This document shows positions 19,215 through 27,460 of a DNA stretch of 64,000 bases, piece after piece. Location: positions 64,001 to 128,000 of the forward strand of contig JBALDB010000011.1 in assembly GCA_036918135.1 (NCBI GenBank), given 5' to 3'. A program made the position numbers and the translations under genes. Position 1 is the first letter of the stretch; every line of letters begins with the position of its first letter. The notes beneath the pieces were generated by a model. The model was not told where the DNA came from. It ran no database searches and was given only the letters and a program-made list of their open reading frames with translations. The DNA is from Nostoc sp. (lineage in GTDB: Bacteria > Cyanobacteriota > Cyanobacteriia > Cyanobacteriales > Nostocaceae).

Positions 19215-21719
19215 TTACTCTTCTCGATTCTTCTCCTGAAGAAGCGATCGCCAATCTTCAATTGCTTTTTCTGTCCATAGCCAATTTTTAGCTAATTTAT
19301 CTACCTGAAAATTCACGCGATCGGACTTCATCACCATTTGTCGCAACTTGATCGCTTCATTCACATATTGTGGTTGTTTGGCACTAGATTGACCAAGTGC
19401 AGATTTATACAGTCCCAAAGCTAAACCAGCATAAGAAGTTAAAGCATCCTGAGGTACTGGTGTCTTTATAGATGCTGTGGTGGAAGCTGTATTCTGCGGT
19501 TTGAGAGCTAAATTTAAAGCCTTAAACCAAGAATCATTAGCTCGATTCAGATTACCTTCTGCGTAGTAAGCAAATCCTAAAGCGTTATTATACAAAAGCG
19601 AATCTGGTTTGGCTTTGGCAGCAGTTTCCCAGTAACGACGAGCATCATCAACGCTATAGTTATTGTCTCCAGTTTGGATTGATTGCCATGCTAATCGCCC
19701 TTTTAAAAAGTTGACAGATGGATCGTCAGCTTGCTTGTTTGTAACTAGTTTCAAAGCAGTTTCAGCCGCAGCAAAAGCACCACGATTGAGTAATTCTTCC
19801 ACAGCAAACAATCCACCTTGTAAATCACCTTGGCTCAATTTTTCAGTAGCGCTGGCGGTGACAATTCCAGTTGGTGCTGTTTCTAAATCGATATTCGGTT
19901 GCTTTTGGATGGGTAAAGACTCGGTGGGAATTGCTGGTATCCTCGACAGAGTTGCCTGGGGTCGATTTTGCCACCAATTTAAACCGATGGCAATTGCGAT
20001 CGCACTGATTCCGACAATCCCAACAATCGGCCATAGCTTCCGCCGCTGAGTACGATTTCTAGATGGAGGTGAGCTAGAGTGCGATCGCGAATCAGAATTT
20101 TCCCGATGTCTTTCTAGGTTCCCAACAGTTTCAGCAGGCGGTGTTGAGACTTCTCCCCACAAATCTGCTTCCTCTGTTGAGGAAGTTATTTCTTCTGAAA
20201 CCTGCCTATTCGGAAGACTATTTTCCTGAATTTGTTGCTCGATTTCCGTCGAGGCTTTTTGCTCATCCAGCCGCCGAAACAAATCTGAAACCATCGCCGA
20301 ATCTTCTGCATAGCTTGGGTCATCATACTCAATTTCATCAACAAGATCGCCCCAAGTATCTTCGCCTAGCCAATCCAACCCAGAAGACTCACGCGCCATA
20401 TCAGCAGGAATCATTTCCTCAATTCCTAAACCCATCTCGGTATCGTCTGCCATACCAGCATACATAGTACTGGGAATTGCCCCCAAAGGCGAACTATACT
20501 GGTTGAGCAACTCGCGACTTTCAGCTAAGCCAGTTTCCGAGCTCAAAAAACCGTCAAATTCCGGCTGAAGATACAAAATTGGTAATGCCCAGTACATTTG
20601 GTGAGAACCATAGGCAGAAATTAATCCTTGGCGCACCCGACCGACGCATAAATCTACTGGATATCCCTGACTCAAGTTGCGGTAAAATAATTGCGTGAGT
20701 GTCAGTGCCACTTCATCAGGAATACGCTCTGACATTGCCAAAACACTGGCAATTCCTCGTTTGACAAGACTTTCTGCCAGGTTGCGTTCGCCTATATCTC
20801 CAGCAGCTCCAAACGCAGCTGTATACGCTCCTAAGCAGGAATTAAACACTGCCATCTGGATGTTATTGTTGACGAGCAAACCTGCTAAATCGTCTCCAGT
20901 GAGAATTTCCGTTAACCCAGTTCTGCGACTGGCAAGATAAATTTCTCCCCCATTTGCGCCTAAGTTACTATGACCAGAGTAGTGGAGAACGTGGTATCTG
21001 CCTTGCTCTAAAGCTTGGGTCAGTTCTTCCCGTCCTGGTTGGTCTAAAACAGTCAGTTCAATTTCTGGGAGATGATTGCTACTTTCGGCCAATCGTGGTA
21101 TAGAACGCCTAAGTTCCGCTTGAAGTTTGATAGCTTCGTGTTTGAGTAGGTCGAGTCGGACTTGATCTAAAGGTGAAGCAATTACCATCAATACTTTTAC
21201 ACCACTTTCTTCTAATGGTGTGGGCATATTTGGCGATCGCAAACGAGAAGCGCCCAAAATTCCACTTTGGAAGCGAGAAAAAGCCACATAAGGCCCAGTG
21301 GCTAGGGGGCGATCGCCTGCGTGCATCACTTCCCAAGGCAAACGAGCTAACCTCGTGTCTTTCAGCCCCAAGCGTAAGCGGAGTACTTGTTGGTGGTTCT
21401 GGGCAATACCTTGGGCAGTAATCCAGCTATCTCTGAGAGTGCCTTGAAATAGTGCATTATATAATTGTTGACCCAACGCCACCAAGTTAACAGAGTTTCT
21501 GGCAATATCACTTTCTCGCCCACTAGAGGCGAATGCATCTCCCTGTAACACGGACTTCAACGGGTCATTCATCAAATGCCCAGCAGCCATCAACCAATCA
21601 GCTACAGGCCAACTCACCAATTCTTCTGCCAATGGCACCCCAGGCGCGACTTGTTCCGTCCGCACCAAGTAGTCGTTTTGCCCTACTGGGGTTACGGATA
21701 TATGGAATTCCTGGGTCAC
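19215..21719 (-). CDS. hetF: Heterocyst differentiation / cell division protease HetF (CHAT domain + TM + TPR-like)
   Basis: N-terminus (M)TQEFHISVTPVGQNDYLVRTEQVAPGVPLAEE; CHAT dyad motifs LHYSGH and FNSC; NsiR1-type array upstream. Confidence 0.9.
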   Translation of the reverse strand: MTQEFHISVTPVGQNDYLVRTEQVAPGVPLAEELVSWPVADWLMAAGHLMNDPLKSVLQGDAFASSGRESDIARNSVNLVALGQQLYNALFQGTLRDSWITAQGIAQNHQQVLRLRLGLKDTRLARLPWEVMHAGDRPLATGPYVAFSRFQSGILGASRLRSPNMPTPLEESGVKVLMVIASPLDQVRLDLLKHEAIKLQAELRRSIPRLAESSNHLPEIELTVLDQPGREELTQALEQGRYHVLHYSGHSNLGANGGEIYLASRRTGLTEILTGDDLAGLLVNNNIQMAVFNSCLGAYTAAFGAAGDIGERNLAESLVKRGIASVLAMSERIPDEVALTLTQLFYRNLSQGYPVDLCVGRVRQGLISAYGSHQMYWALPILYLQPEFDGFLSSETGLAESRELLNQYSSPLGAIPSTMYAGMADDTEMGLGIEEMIPADMARESSGLDWLGEDTWGDLVDEIEYDDPSYAEDSAMVSDLFRRLDEQKASTEIEQQIQENSLPNRQVSEEITSSTEEADLWGEVSTPPAETVGNLERHRENSDSRSHSSSPPSRNRTQRRKLWPIVGIVGISAIAIAIGLNWWQNRPQATLSRIPAIPTESLPIQKQPNIDLETAPTGIVTASATEKLSQGDLQGGLFAVEELLNRGAFAAAETALKLVTNKQADDPSVNFLKGRLAWQSIQTGDNNYSVDDARRYWETAAKAKPDSLLYNNALGFAYYAEGNLNRANDSWFKALNLALKPQNTASTTASIKTPVPQDALTSYAGLALGLYKSALGQSSAKQPQYVNEAIKLRQMVMKSDRVNFQVDKLAKNWLWTEKAIEDWRSLLQEKNREE

Positions 21720-21900
21720 AGCTTCTCCTGTTCGCCTCCTAAATTCGGTTTGAAACGCGAAAGTTTCAAGTCGATTTTTTGCTCCCTCTGATAACTTAGA
21801 TGCATCCCACCCCTGAATGTTTCTGATTTTTAATTGTTCTGCTTTTTGTGCCTTTACAACTTTATCCGGATCGGATTACTTGGGTCTAGAACACTTTATT

Positions 21901-21960
21901 GGTAGATGCACCTTGATCTTCAACTCCCCTAGTTGGCTAACACCCGCTGGGGGTTTTTTT
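21901..21960 (+). ncRNA. nsiR1: NsiR1 sRNA, hetF-proximal variant copy
   Basis: GGTAGATGCACCTTGATCTTCAACTCCCCTAGTTGGCTAACACCCGCTGGGGGTTTTTTT; TCCGGA at 21865-21870 (-36). Confidence 0.88.
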
Positions 21961-22225
21961 ATTTTGGCAAACAACAGTAACCTACGATCTAGCAATCTGA
22001 AATGATTTGTCAAAAAAATCTCTTGGCTTCCCATCACCACTAAGTTCACAATTCAAATACAGTTGCTATATCAAGTTTGTGTAAATACTTATAGTGAAGG
22101 CTGATACCCAGACACCACGACACTCGGCACGGGCAGTTTTGAATTATAAGTAATTAAACGAACTTGAGATAACGCAGACATTCTCTATTAGAAGAAAATA
22201 GTGCTTAACTTGAAAATACTTGATT

Positions 22226-22279
22226 GGCAGATGGATGAGCCTCAGTCTTTAACTCCCCTAATTCAGTTATTATCCACTA
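22226..22279 (+). pseudogene. Degenerate NsiR1-like copy
   Basis: ATTGGCAGATG...AACTCCCCTAATT..ATCCACT; no TCCGGA, terminator arm replaced by a MITE-like end. Confidence 0.5.
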
Positions 22280-22454
22280 TGACAGCACGGCAAAAGCATA
22301 GACTAACATCTAAATTAATAAGACTTGGGACTTAAGCCTCCGATCTCAAAGGTAGGAAAACTTGTGCCATCTACTAATTTTTTAACACAAAACAACAATT
22401 AACTTTCTCCCAAATCTATCCGGAGCATAGTGGTTAAACCTAGAACATTTAATT

Positions 22455-22515
22455 GGTAGATGCACCCTGATAACTAGCTCCCCTGGTCGGCTAATAGCTA
22501 CTGGGGGTTTTTTTT
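22455..22515 (+). ncRNA. nsiR1: NsiR1 sRNA copy
   Basis: GGTAGATGCACCCTGATAACTAGCTCCCCTGG...CTGGGGGTTTTTTTT; TCCGGA at 22419-22424. Confidence 0.9.
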
Positions 22516-22546
22516 ACTCATCACACACCTGTTTTTCAGACACCCA

Positions 22547-22643
22547 CTAATACTGCAAGGCGGAATTCAAACTTCAAAATCGATACAGCATAAGCATTTC
22601 ATTGATTTTAAATTGGTTATTTGTTTCCGCCGTGCTGTACTAG
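22547..22643. mobile_element. MITE-like element inside the NsiR1 array
   Basis: Ends CTAATACTGCAAGGCGGAAT and TTTCCGCCGTGCTGTACTAG are inverted repeats (16/20 match). Confidence 0.65.
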
Positions 22644-22656
22644 TCATTTAATAATT

Positions 22657-22717
22657 GGTAGGTTTGAACTGATAACTAACCCCTCTGATTGGCTAACACC
22701 TGTTGAGAATTTTTTTT
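22657..22717 (+). pseudogene. Degenerate NsiR1 copy lacking the promoter motif
   Basis: ATTGGTAGG..CTGATAACTAACCCCTCTGATTGGCTAACACC..TTTTTTT; the -36 position is occupied by the MITE. Confidence 0.65.
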
Positions 22718-22795
22718 CTGGTGAACAAACAGCAATAACCTCAACTTGTGCATAATTTATCCGGTGGATAGCCATTAACTTGAGAAAAAATAATT

Positions 22796-22855
22796 GGTAG
22801 ATGCACCCTGATAACTCAACTCCCCTGATTGGCTAATACCCACTTGGGGTTTTTT
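22796..22855 (+). ncRNA. nsiR1: NsiR1 sRNA copy
   Basis: Conserved unit with terminator; TCCGGT at 22760-22765. Confidence 0.88.
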
Positions 22856-22931
22856 CTAATTGGGATCGCCATCAACTCTAATTTTGAGCATTTTTTCCGG
22901 AAATACTGGCTGCCCCTAGAAAACATTAGTT

Positions 22932-22990
22932 GGTAGATGCACCCTGATAACTCACTCCCCTAGTAGGTTAACACCAACTGGGGTTTTTTT
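22932..22990 (+). ncRNA. nsiR1: NsiR1 sRNA copy
   Basis: Conserved unit with terminator; TCCGGA at 22896-22901. Confidence 0.9.
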
Positions 22991-23060
22991 ATTTTAAAAA
23001 ATAACTGACCTTTGTACAAATTTATCCGGAGTATGGTGTTTAACCTTAGAACATTTAATT

Positions 23061-23121
23061 GGTAGATGCACCCTGATAACTAACTCCCCTGGTTGGGCTA
23101 ACACCCACTGGGGGTTTTTTT
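23061..23121 (+). ncRNA. nsiR1: NsiR1 sRNA copy
   Basis: Conserved unit with terminator; TCCGGA at 23025-23030. Confidence 0.9.
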
Positions 23122-23480
23122 GCTCTAGAAGCGTAGCAGCTTGTCGTTAAACATCTACCAGTCTCCACGATCTGCCCACATAGCTAGAATACACCTTATT
23201 ACTACTGCTGGTAGAGCTTGAATATTTCCTGATTGCCAGCATAGAGCAAAACCTAGTCACTCAATCCCTGAACCGCTTTGCTTTTATTGTCGGCTAGAAA
23301 CGCGACTCTAAAATGATTGCTATGATATTTAATCACATTCTTAAGTTTTTTTCTAGATTCCTACTTTCTGGTTCTTGGACTGCTGCTTTCTCAAAAACTG
23401 GGTATGGGGCAAACAGGGAGTACTGAGTTAGGAGCCTCGCTAAAGACGTTTGCGTTGCTTTGGTTAGGAGTTATTATCCT

Positions 23481-23642
23481 GGATTTCTCACTAGTGAGAA
23501 CTCCAAGGAGTATGGGAGGTGTGGGAGGAAAAGCAAGTGTGGAACCAGAGGGAAGAAAAGCAGGTGTGGGAAGATGGGGAAGAAATCTTTCCCCCCACAC
23601 TCCCCACACTTCCCACACTCCCGATACTCTTGTGAGAAATTG
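23481..23642. mobile_element. MITE-like element with internal GTGTGGG/CCCACAC repeats
   Basis: Inverted ends GATTTCTCACTAG / CTTGTGAGAAATT. Confidence 0.5.
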
Positions 23643-23770
23643 AGAATTATCTTCCCTGCTCCCTCCCTTATCTCCTCTTTGCTTTTTGTTGACATTAATA
23701 ACATGCTATATGGTATATTTCATGGCGTTATGCTAGGATATCTAGCCTAAAACCAAAGAGTTGCCAACCG

Positions 23771-24094
23771 ATGAGTTTAGCTGTAATTAAGTTCTCTTCA
23801 GAAGAGTGCGGCATCTGCCACAAAATGTCTTTTTATGACAAAAAGGTGACTGAGGAACTGGGTTTAGAATTTATCGATGTGAAAATGCAGGATACTGCTG
23901 CTTACCGCAAGTATCGTAAGATTTTATTAACTCAGTATCCCGATAAATCAGAAATGGGATGGCCTACTTACATCGTTTGTGATTCTCCAGAAGGAGAATT
24001 TCAGATTGTGGGTGAGGTAAAAGGAGGTCATCCCAAAGGTGAATTTAGAACCCGTCTCCAACAGGTTCTCGATTCTACTACTAGTCAGAATTAA
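23771..24094 (+). CDS. Thioredoxin-fold protein
   Basis: CGIC motif near N-terminus, GWPT cis-Pro loop. Confidence 0.75.
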   Translation: MSLAVIKFSSEECGICHKMSFYDKKVTEELGLEFIDVKMQDTAAYRKYRKILLTQYPDKSEMGWPTYIVCDSPEGEFQIVGEVKGGHPKGEFRTRLQQVLDSTTSQN

Positions 24095-24314
24095 TTACTT
24101 CAAAAGATTTAACCTCTAGGACAGGGCCGATCATGGCAGTTGTCATGATATCTTCACGTACCTGTCCTTTAACTTTTGCTTTTTGTCCGGCTTTGAGTAA
24201 GTCTTTATCAGCCCCTTTGAGGATTTCGTAAGTAACGCCCTCTTCTGTAACTAACGCCCATGCGCCTGGGCCAATATCACGGCGTTGAATTGTACCTGTA
24301 AGTGTAATGCTCAT
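24081..24314 (-). CDS. Conserved small hypothetical protein (beta-rich)
   Basis: 77 aa ORF, plausible composition, co-oriented downstream of the protease. Confidence 0.65.
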   Translation of the reverse strand: MSITLTGTIQRRDIGPGAWALVTEEGVTYEILKGADKDLLKAGQKAKVKGQVREDIMTTAMIGPVLEVKSFEVINSD

Positions 24315-24456
24315 AAATAGTACTGAGTGCTGAGTAGGGGTGGGCAGTGGGGACTAGGGACACTTCGGGTGAGCTTCAGTGCATCACTGGGGACTAGGGA
24401 TTAGCAAAGTAATTTTTCCAATCCCCAGTCCCCAATACCCAGTACCCAATCCCTAT

Positions 24457-26307
24457 TTATGCTGTTTTTTCTTCGTTTTGCAATGCTAAACGAGCAAGTC
24501 CATAACAAAGTATGCCGTTGGTCATGAGGAATAGACGTGCTAAGTAAACATTTCCGAATCCCCAAACTGCCGGGTCGTAAATAGCACTTACTGTCAAGCA
24601 GGCTGCTACTCCTAGTGTTGAACCAATGGCAAACCATTTCAAACTAGGATGTCCTAACAGTAATGCCATTAAGACAATTGGAATCAATACGCTGGCAAAC
24701 ACGGGATTTAATGCACCAGTTCCCTGGAGGGTATTACCGAGTTCCGGAATTGAACTGCCCAAAACCCTGAAAGGCCACTGGGGAAGGTCAAAAATATAGA
24801 TTCCTTTAAGGAAGAATAACCCTGAACTGCCAGCAATTAAACCACTAAATAAAGACCAACTCCAAGTAAAGGGGAAGTAAACCCGTAGAAACCAAGCTAG
24901 CAAATAGGAACCAACTACCATTAAAATCTTAGGTAACAGTGCTATTGCACCACCATCAATCCAAAAGCCGGGATTTAGATAGCCGTTATCCCGTAACCAA
25001 CGGAAGAAATCTTGAAAACTGATTTGCCCTTGAACAGCTAGTTTGACTGCTGCTTCTGCATTGAGTTGTCCAGCACCATAATAATTCAAACCATCATCTT
25101 GGATAACTCGTGCTGACTGTTTAAGGACTTTTAAAACTTCATCTGGTTCTTTAATACCAGTAGCTTTGATTAATGCCGCAACACCAGCAACGTGCGGGGA
25201 AGCCATGCTTGTACCTTGGAAGCCAAGAAATACGCCCTGGCCGTTTTCATCGATAGTTTCTTGGAGAATCTTACCAGCTTCACTACCACCAGGAGCAGAG
25301 ATATCTACCCCTGCACCAAAGTTAGAATATGGTGCTTTTTCGCCGTCTGGGCCGATTGCAGAAACACCAATCACGTGGGGATAGCGGGCTGGATAGCTTG
25401 CCCCATTGGCGCTTTCATTGCCAGCTGCGGCAACGATGACTACACCTTTTCTATGGGCATAGTCGATCGCATCTTTCATCAATTTGCTTTCACCACCACC
25501 ACCCAAGCTCATATTAATTACATTTGCGCCTTTCTCAGCAGCAAATTTAATTGCTTCGGCAATATCGGCAACAGTACCGCCACCGTATGAATTCAGTACC
25601 TTTAGCGGCATTAGACTAGCTTCATAAGCTATTCCAGCTACGCCATATTTATTATTTGTAGCTTGGGCAATGGTTCCAGCAACGTGAGTGCCGTGACCGT
25701 TATCGTCATCAGCTTGTTCTCGGTCGTTAACAAAATCATAGCCTTTGACGAATTTGGTTTCATACAAGTCGCGCACCTTGGTAATCCCAGTGTCAATTAC
25801 CGCAACGGTGATGCCGCTGCCTTTGGTTTGACTCCATGCGCCTTCAATCCCGATTTTGTGCAAGTTCCACTGCTTGCTGTAATATTGGTCATTGGGGCCA
25901 GTTAATGAAACACTAACCTCATCATTTTCTTGGGGTCGCAAAAATTCTCCTAGCCAAGCGGGTTGACCTGGTTGTGGAATCTTTCTGTAGATATAATTTG
26001 GCTCTATAAATTCTGTAGTTTGGGCAAACTGAGATTTTTTCAGTTCTTGGAGTCGCTGGCGATCGCCCTTGATAATATACACATTATCCTTCGCCGAAAA
26101 CTTGTTGTCTAATTGGGGTGTAACATTATATTGTTTGGCGAGCGCTTGTAAATTCTGTTCCACCACAGTTGATGGAATATCTTCCCGAAAATCAAGCAAA
26201 ATCGTCTCAAACTCACCTTTAGCTGCCAATCCCTGGAAATTCAGGAAACCAAATATGGCAGCTCCTAGCCCAATGACAAACAAGCACAATAATATAAGCT
26301 TTCTCAT
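24457..26307 (-). CDS. S8 (subtilisin) serine protease with C-terminal membrane domain
   Basis: VAVIDTG, HGTHVAGT, GTSMASPHVAG catalytic triad; several C-terminal TMs. Confidence 0.93.
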   Translation of the reverse strand: MRKLILLCLFVIGLGAAIFGFLNFQGLAAKGEFETILLDFREDIPSTVVEQNLQALAKQYNVTPQLDNKFSAKDNVYIIKGDRQRLQELKKSQFAQTTEFIEPNYIYRKIPQPGQPAWLGEFLRPQENDEVSVSLTGPNDQYYSKQWNLHKIGIEGAWSQTKGSGITVAVIDTGITKVRDLYETKFVKGYDFVNDREQADDDNGHGTHVAGTIAQATNNKYGVAGIAYEASLMPLKVLNSYGGGTVADIAEAIKFAAEKGANVINMSLGGGGESKLMKDAIDYAHRKGVVIVAAAGNESANGASYPARYPHVIGVSAIGPDGEKAPYSNFGAGVDISAPGGSEAGKILQETIDENGQGVFLGFQGTSMASPHVAGVAALIKATGIKEPDEVLKVLKQSARVIQDDGLNYYGAGQLNAEAAVKLAVQGQISFQDFFRWLRDNGYLNPGFWIDGGAIALLPKILMVVGSYLLAWFLRVYFPFTWSWSLFSGLIAGSSGLFFLKGIYIFDLPQWPFRVLGSSIPELGNTLQGTGALNPVFASVLIPIVLMALLLGHPSLKWFAIGSTLGVAACLTVSAIYDPAVWGFGNVYLARLFLMTNGILCYGLARLALQNEEKTA

Positions 26308-26424
26308 ATTAACTCATCACCGCTTTTTGCCAGTTTGCTCACTACCATAACTTATCTACGTCCCTTATTGGTGGATTTGGCACTTTAGTTTACCTTCACT
26401 TCATTACCCAGGACAGTTGAAACG

Positions 26425-26856
26425 ATGGAACATGGTCTTTTGTGGCTACCTCTGTTAGGAATGTTTTTTTGGCTAGCTTGGCAAGGCTCAAAGGAGTATC
26501 AAAAAGTTGAAGCCTATCGTGTCTGGGCTGAGCAATTTGAACGGGCTAAGTACGATATTTATTCGGTATTGGGTCAAAAAGGTAACTCTATAACCTGGGG
26601 TAAACCTACACCTCAAGGCCCAATTAAACTTGAAACATTTTCTTTAGTTGATGTTAAAGAAATATCTCTTTTGATAGATGGAAAAGCAGTAAATGTTGAT
26701 GTATCATCTGATAAAGGTAGTTCTATAGAATTAGAATTTGTATTTTTCCAATCAGCCGACTCAGTTCGCGTTCCGTTTACAGAAATCCCTTTGGCAGCGG
26801 AATGGGGAAAGTATTTGCATTCAGCGTTAGCAAGTTTGCGATCGCAAAACCAGTAG
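26425..26856 (+). CDS. Conserved cyanobacterial hypothetical protein
   Basis: N-terminal TM (MEHGLLWLPLL), AKYDIY motif. Confidence 0.7.
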   Translation: MEHGLLWLPLLGMFFWLAWQGSKEYQKVEAYRVWAEQFERAKYDIYSVLGQKGNSITWGKPTPQGPIKLETFSLVDVKEISLLIDGKAVNVDVSSDKGSSIELEFVFFQSADSVRVPFTEIPLAAEWGKYLHSALASLRSQNQ

Positions 26857-27026
26857 CGATATCAACTTAGGCTAATTATGTAATAGATATCATCAAACTC
26901 AAGTCAGAATTTCTAATTTAGAATTGGTGAATATGATTCCAACTCCTAAGTTCTCAATTGATTAATTATTCCTCACAAATAAATTGAGCTTGTTACAATT
27001 AAATTAATACTTCTGTAACTGAAGCA

Positions 27027-27392
27027 ATGAATTCAAACGTAATCGGTGGAAACCTAGAAGCTTGCTGCACTTCTCCCATGACTGGGTTCTACCGCGACGG
27101 CTTTTGTCGTACAGGTGGTCAAGATTTCGGGTCGCACGTTATCTGTGCCGAACTAACATCAGAATTCCTTGAGTTTACCAAATCGCGCGGGAATGACCTG
27201 AGTACACCTGTTCCAGAATATAATTTTCCTGGACTCCAACCTGGCGACCGATGGTGTTTGTGTGCTTCTCGCTGGCAAGAAGCTCTCGATGCTGGCGTTG
27301 CTCCTCCAGTAATCCTTTCTGCAACCCATCCTAGAGCTTTAGAAGTAGTTTCCTTAGACGAACTCAGAAAACATGCCCTAAGTTCTTCTTGA
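27027..27392 (+). CDS. DUF2237 family protein
   Basis: PMTGFYRDGFC, GNDLSTP, PGDRWCLCASRW motifs. Confidence 0.9.
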   Translation: MNSNVIGGNLEACCTSPMTGFYRDGFCRTGGQDFGSHVICAELTSEFLEFTKSRGNDLSTPVPEYNFPGLQPGDRWCLCASRWQEALDAGVAPPVILSATHPRALEVVSLDELRKHALSSS

Positions 27393-27460
27393 TTAGGCAT
27401 TGAGCGTGCCCAGTGCTGAATTAGAAGTAAGAGTTATTCTTCCCTCTGCCCCACTCCCAA

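Larger units (their letters stand above)
21865..23030 (+). promoter_or_regulatory. Five DIF1-type (TCCGGA) heterocyst-specific promoter motifs, one per intact sRNA unit
   Basis: TCCGG(A/T) at 21865, 22419, 22760, 22896 and 23025, each exactly 36 nt before GGTAGATGC; four have TAGAA around -14. Confidence 0.8.

Noticed and set aside
22365..22378. Reverse-complement match to the NsiR1 5' end (also CATCTACCA at 23152) as an antisense copy
   Set aside because: Only 9-13 nt; the first is better explained as a MITE end and the second may be chance
21865..23121. CRISPR array interpretation of the repeats upstream of hetF
   Set aside because: Units are ~60 nt with their own promoter motif and terminator, intervening segments are 70 nt or longer and partly conserved, and there are no cas genes; NsiR1 fits better
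23391..23750. Four short overlapping ORFs
   Set aside because: They span a repeat-rich MITE-like element and have low-complexity translations
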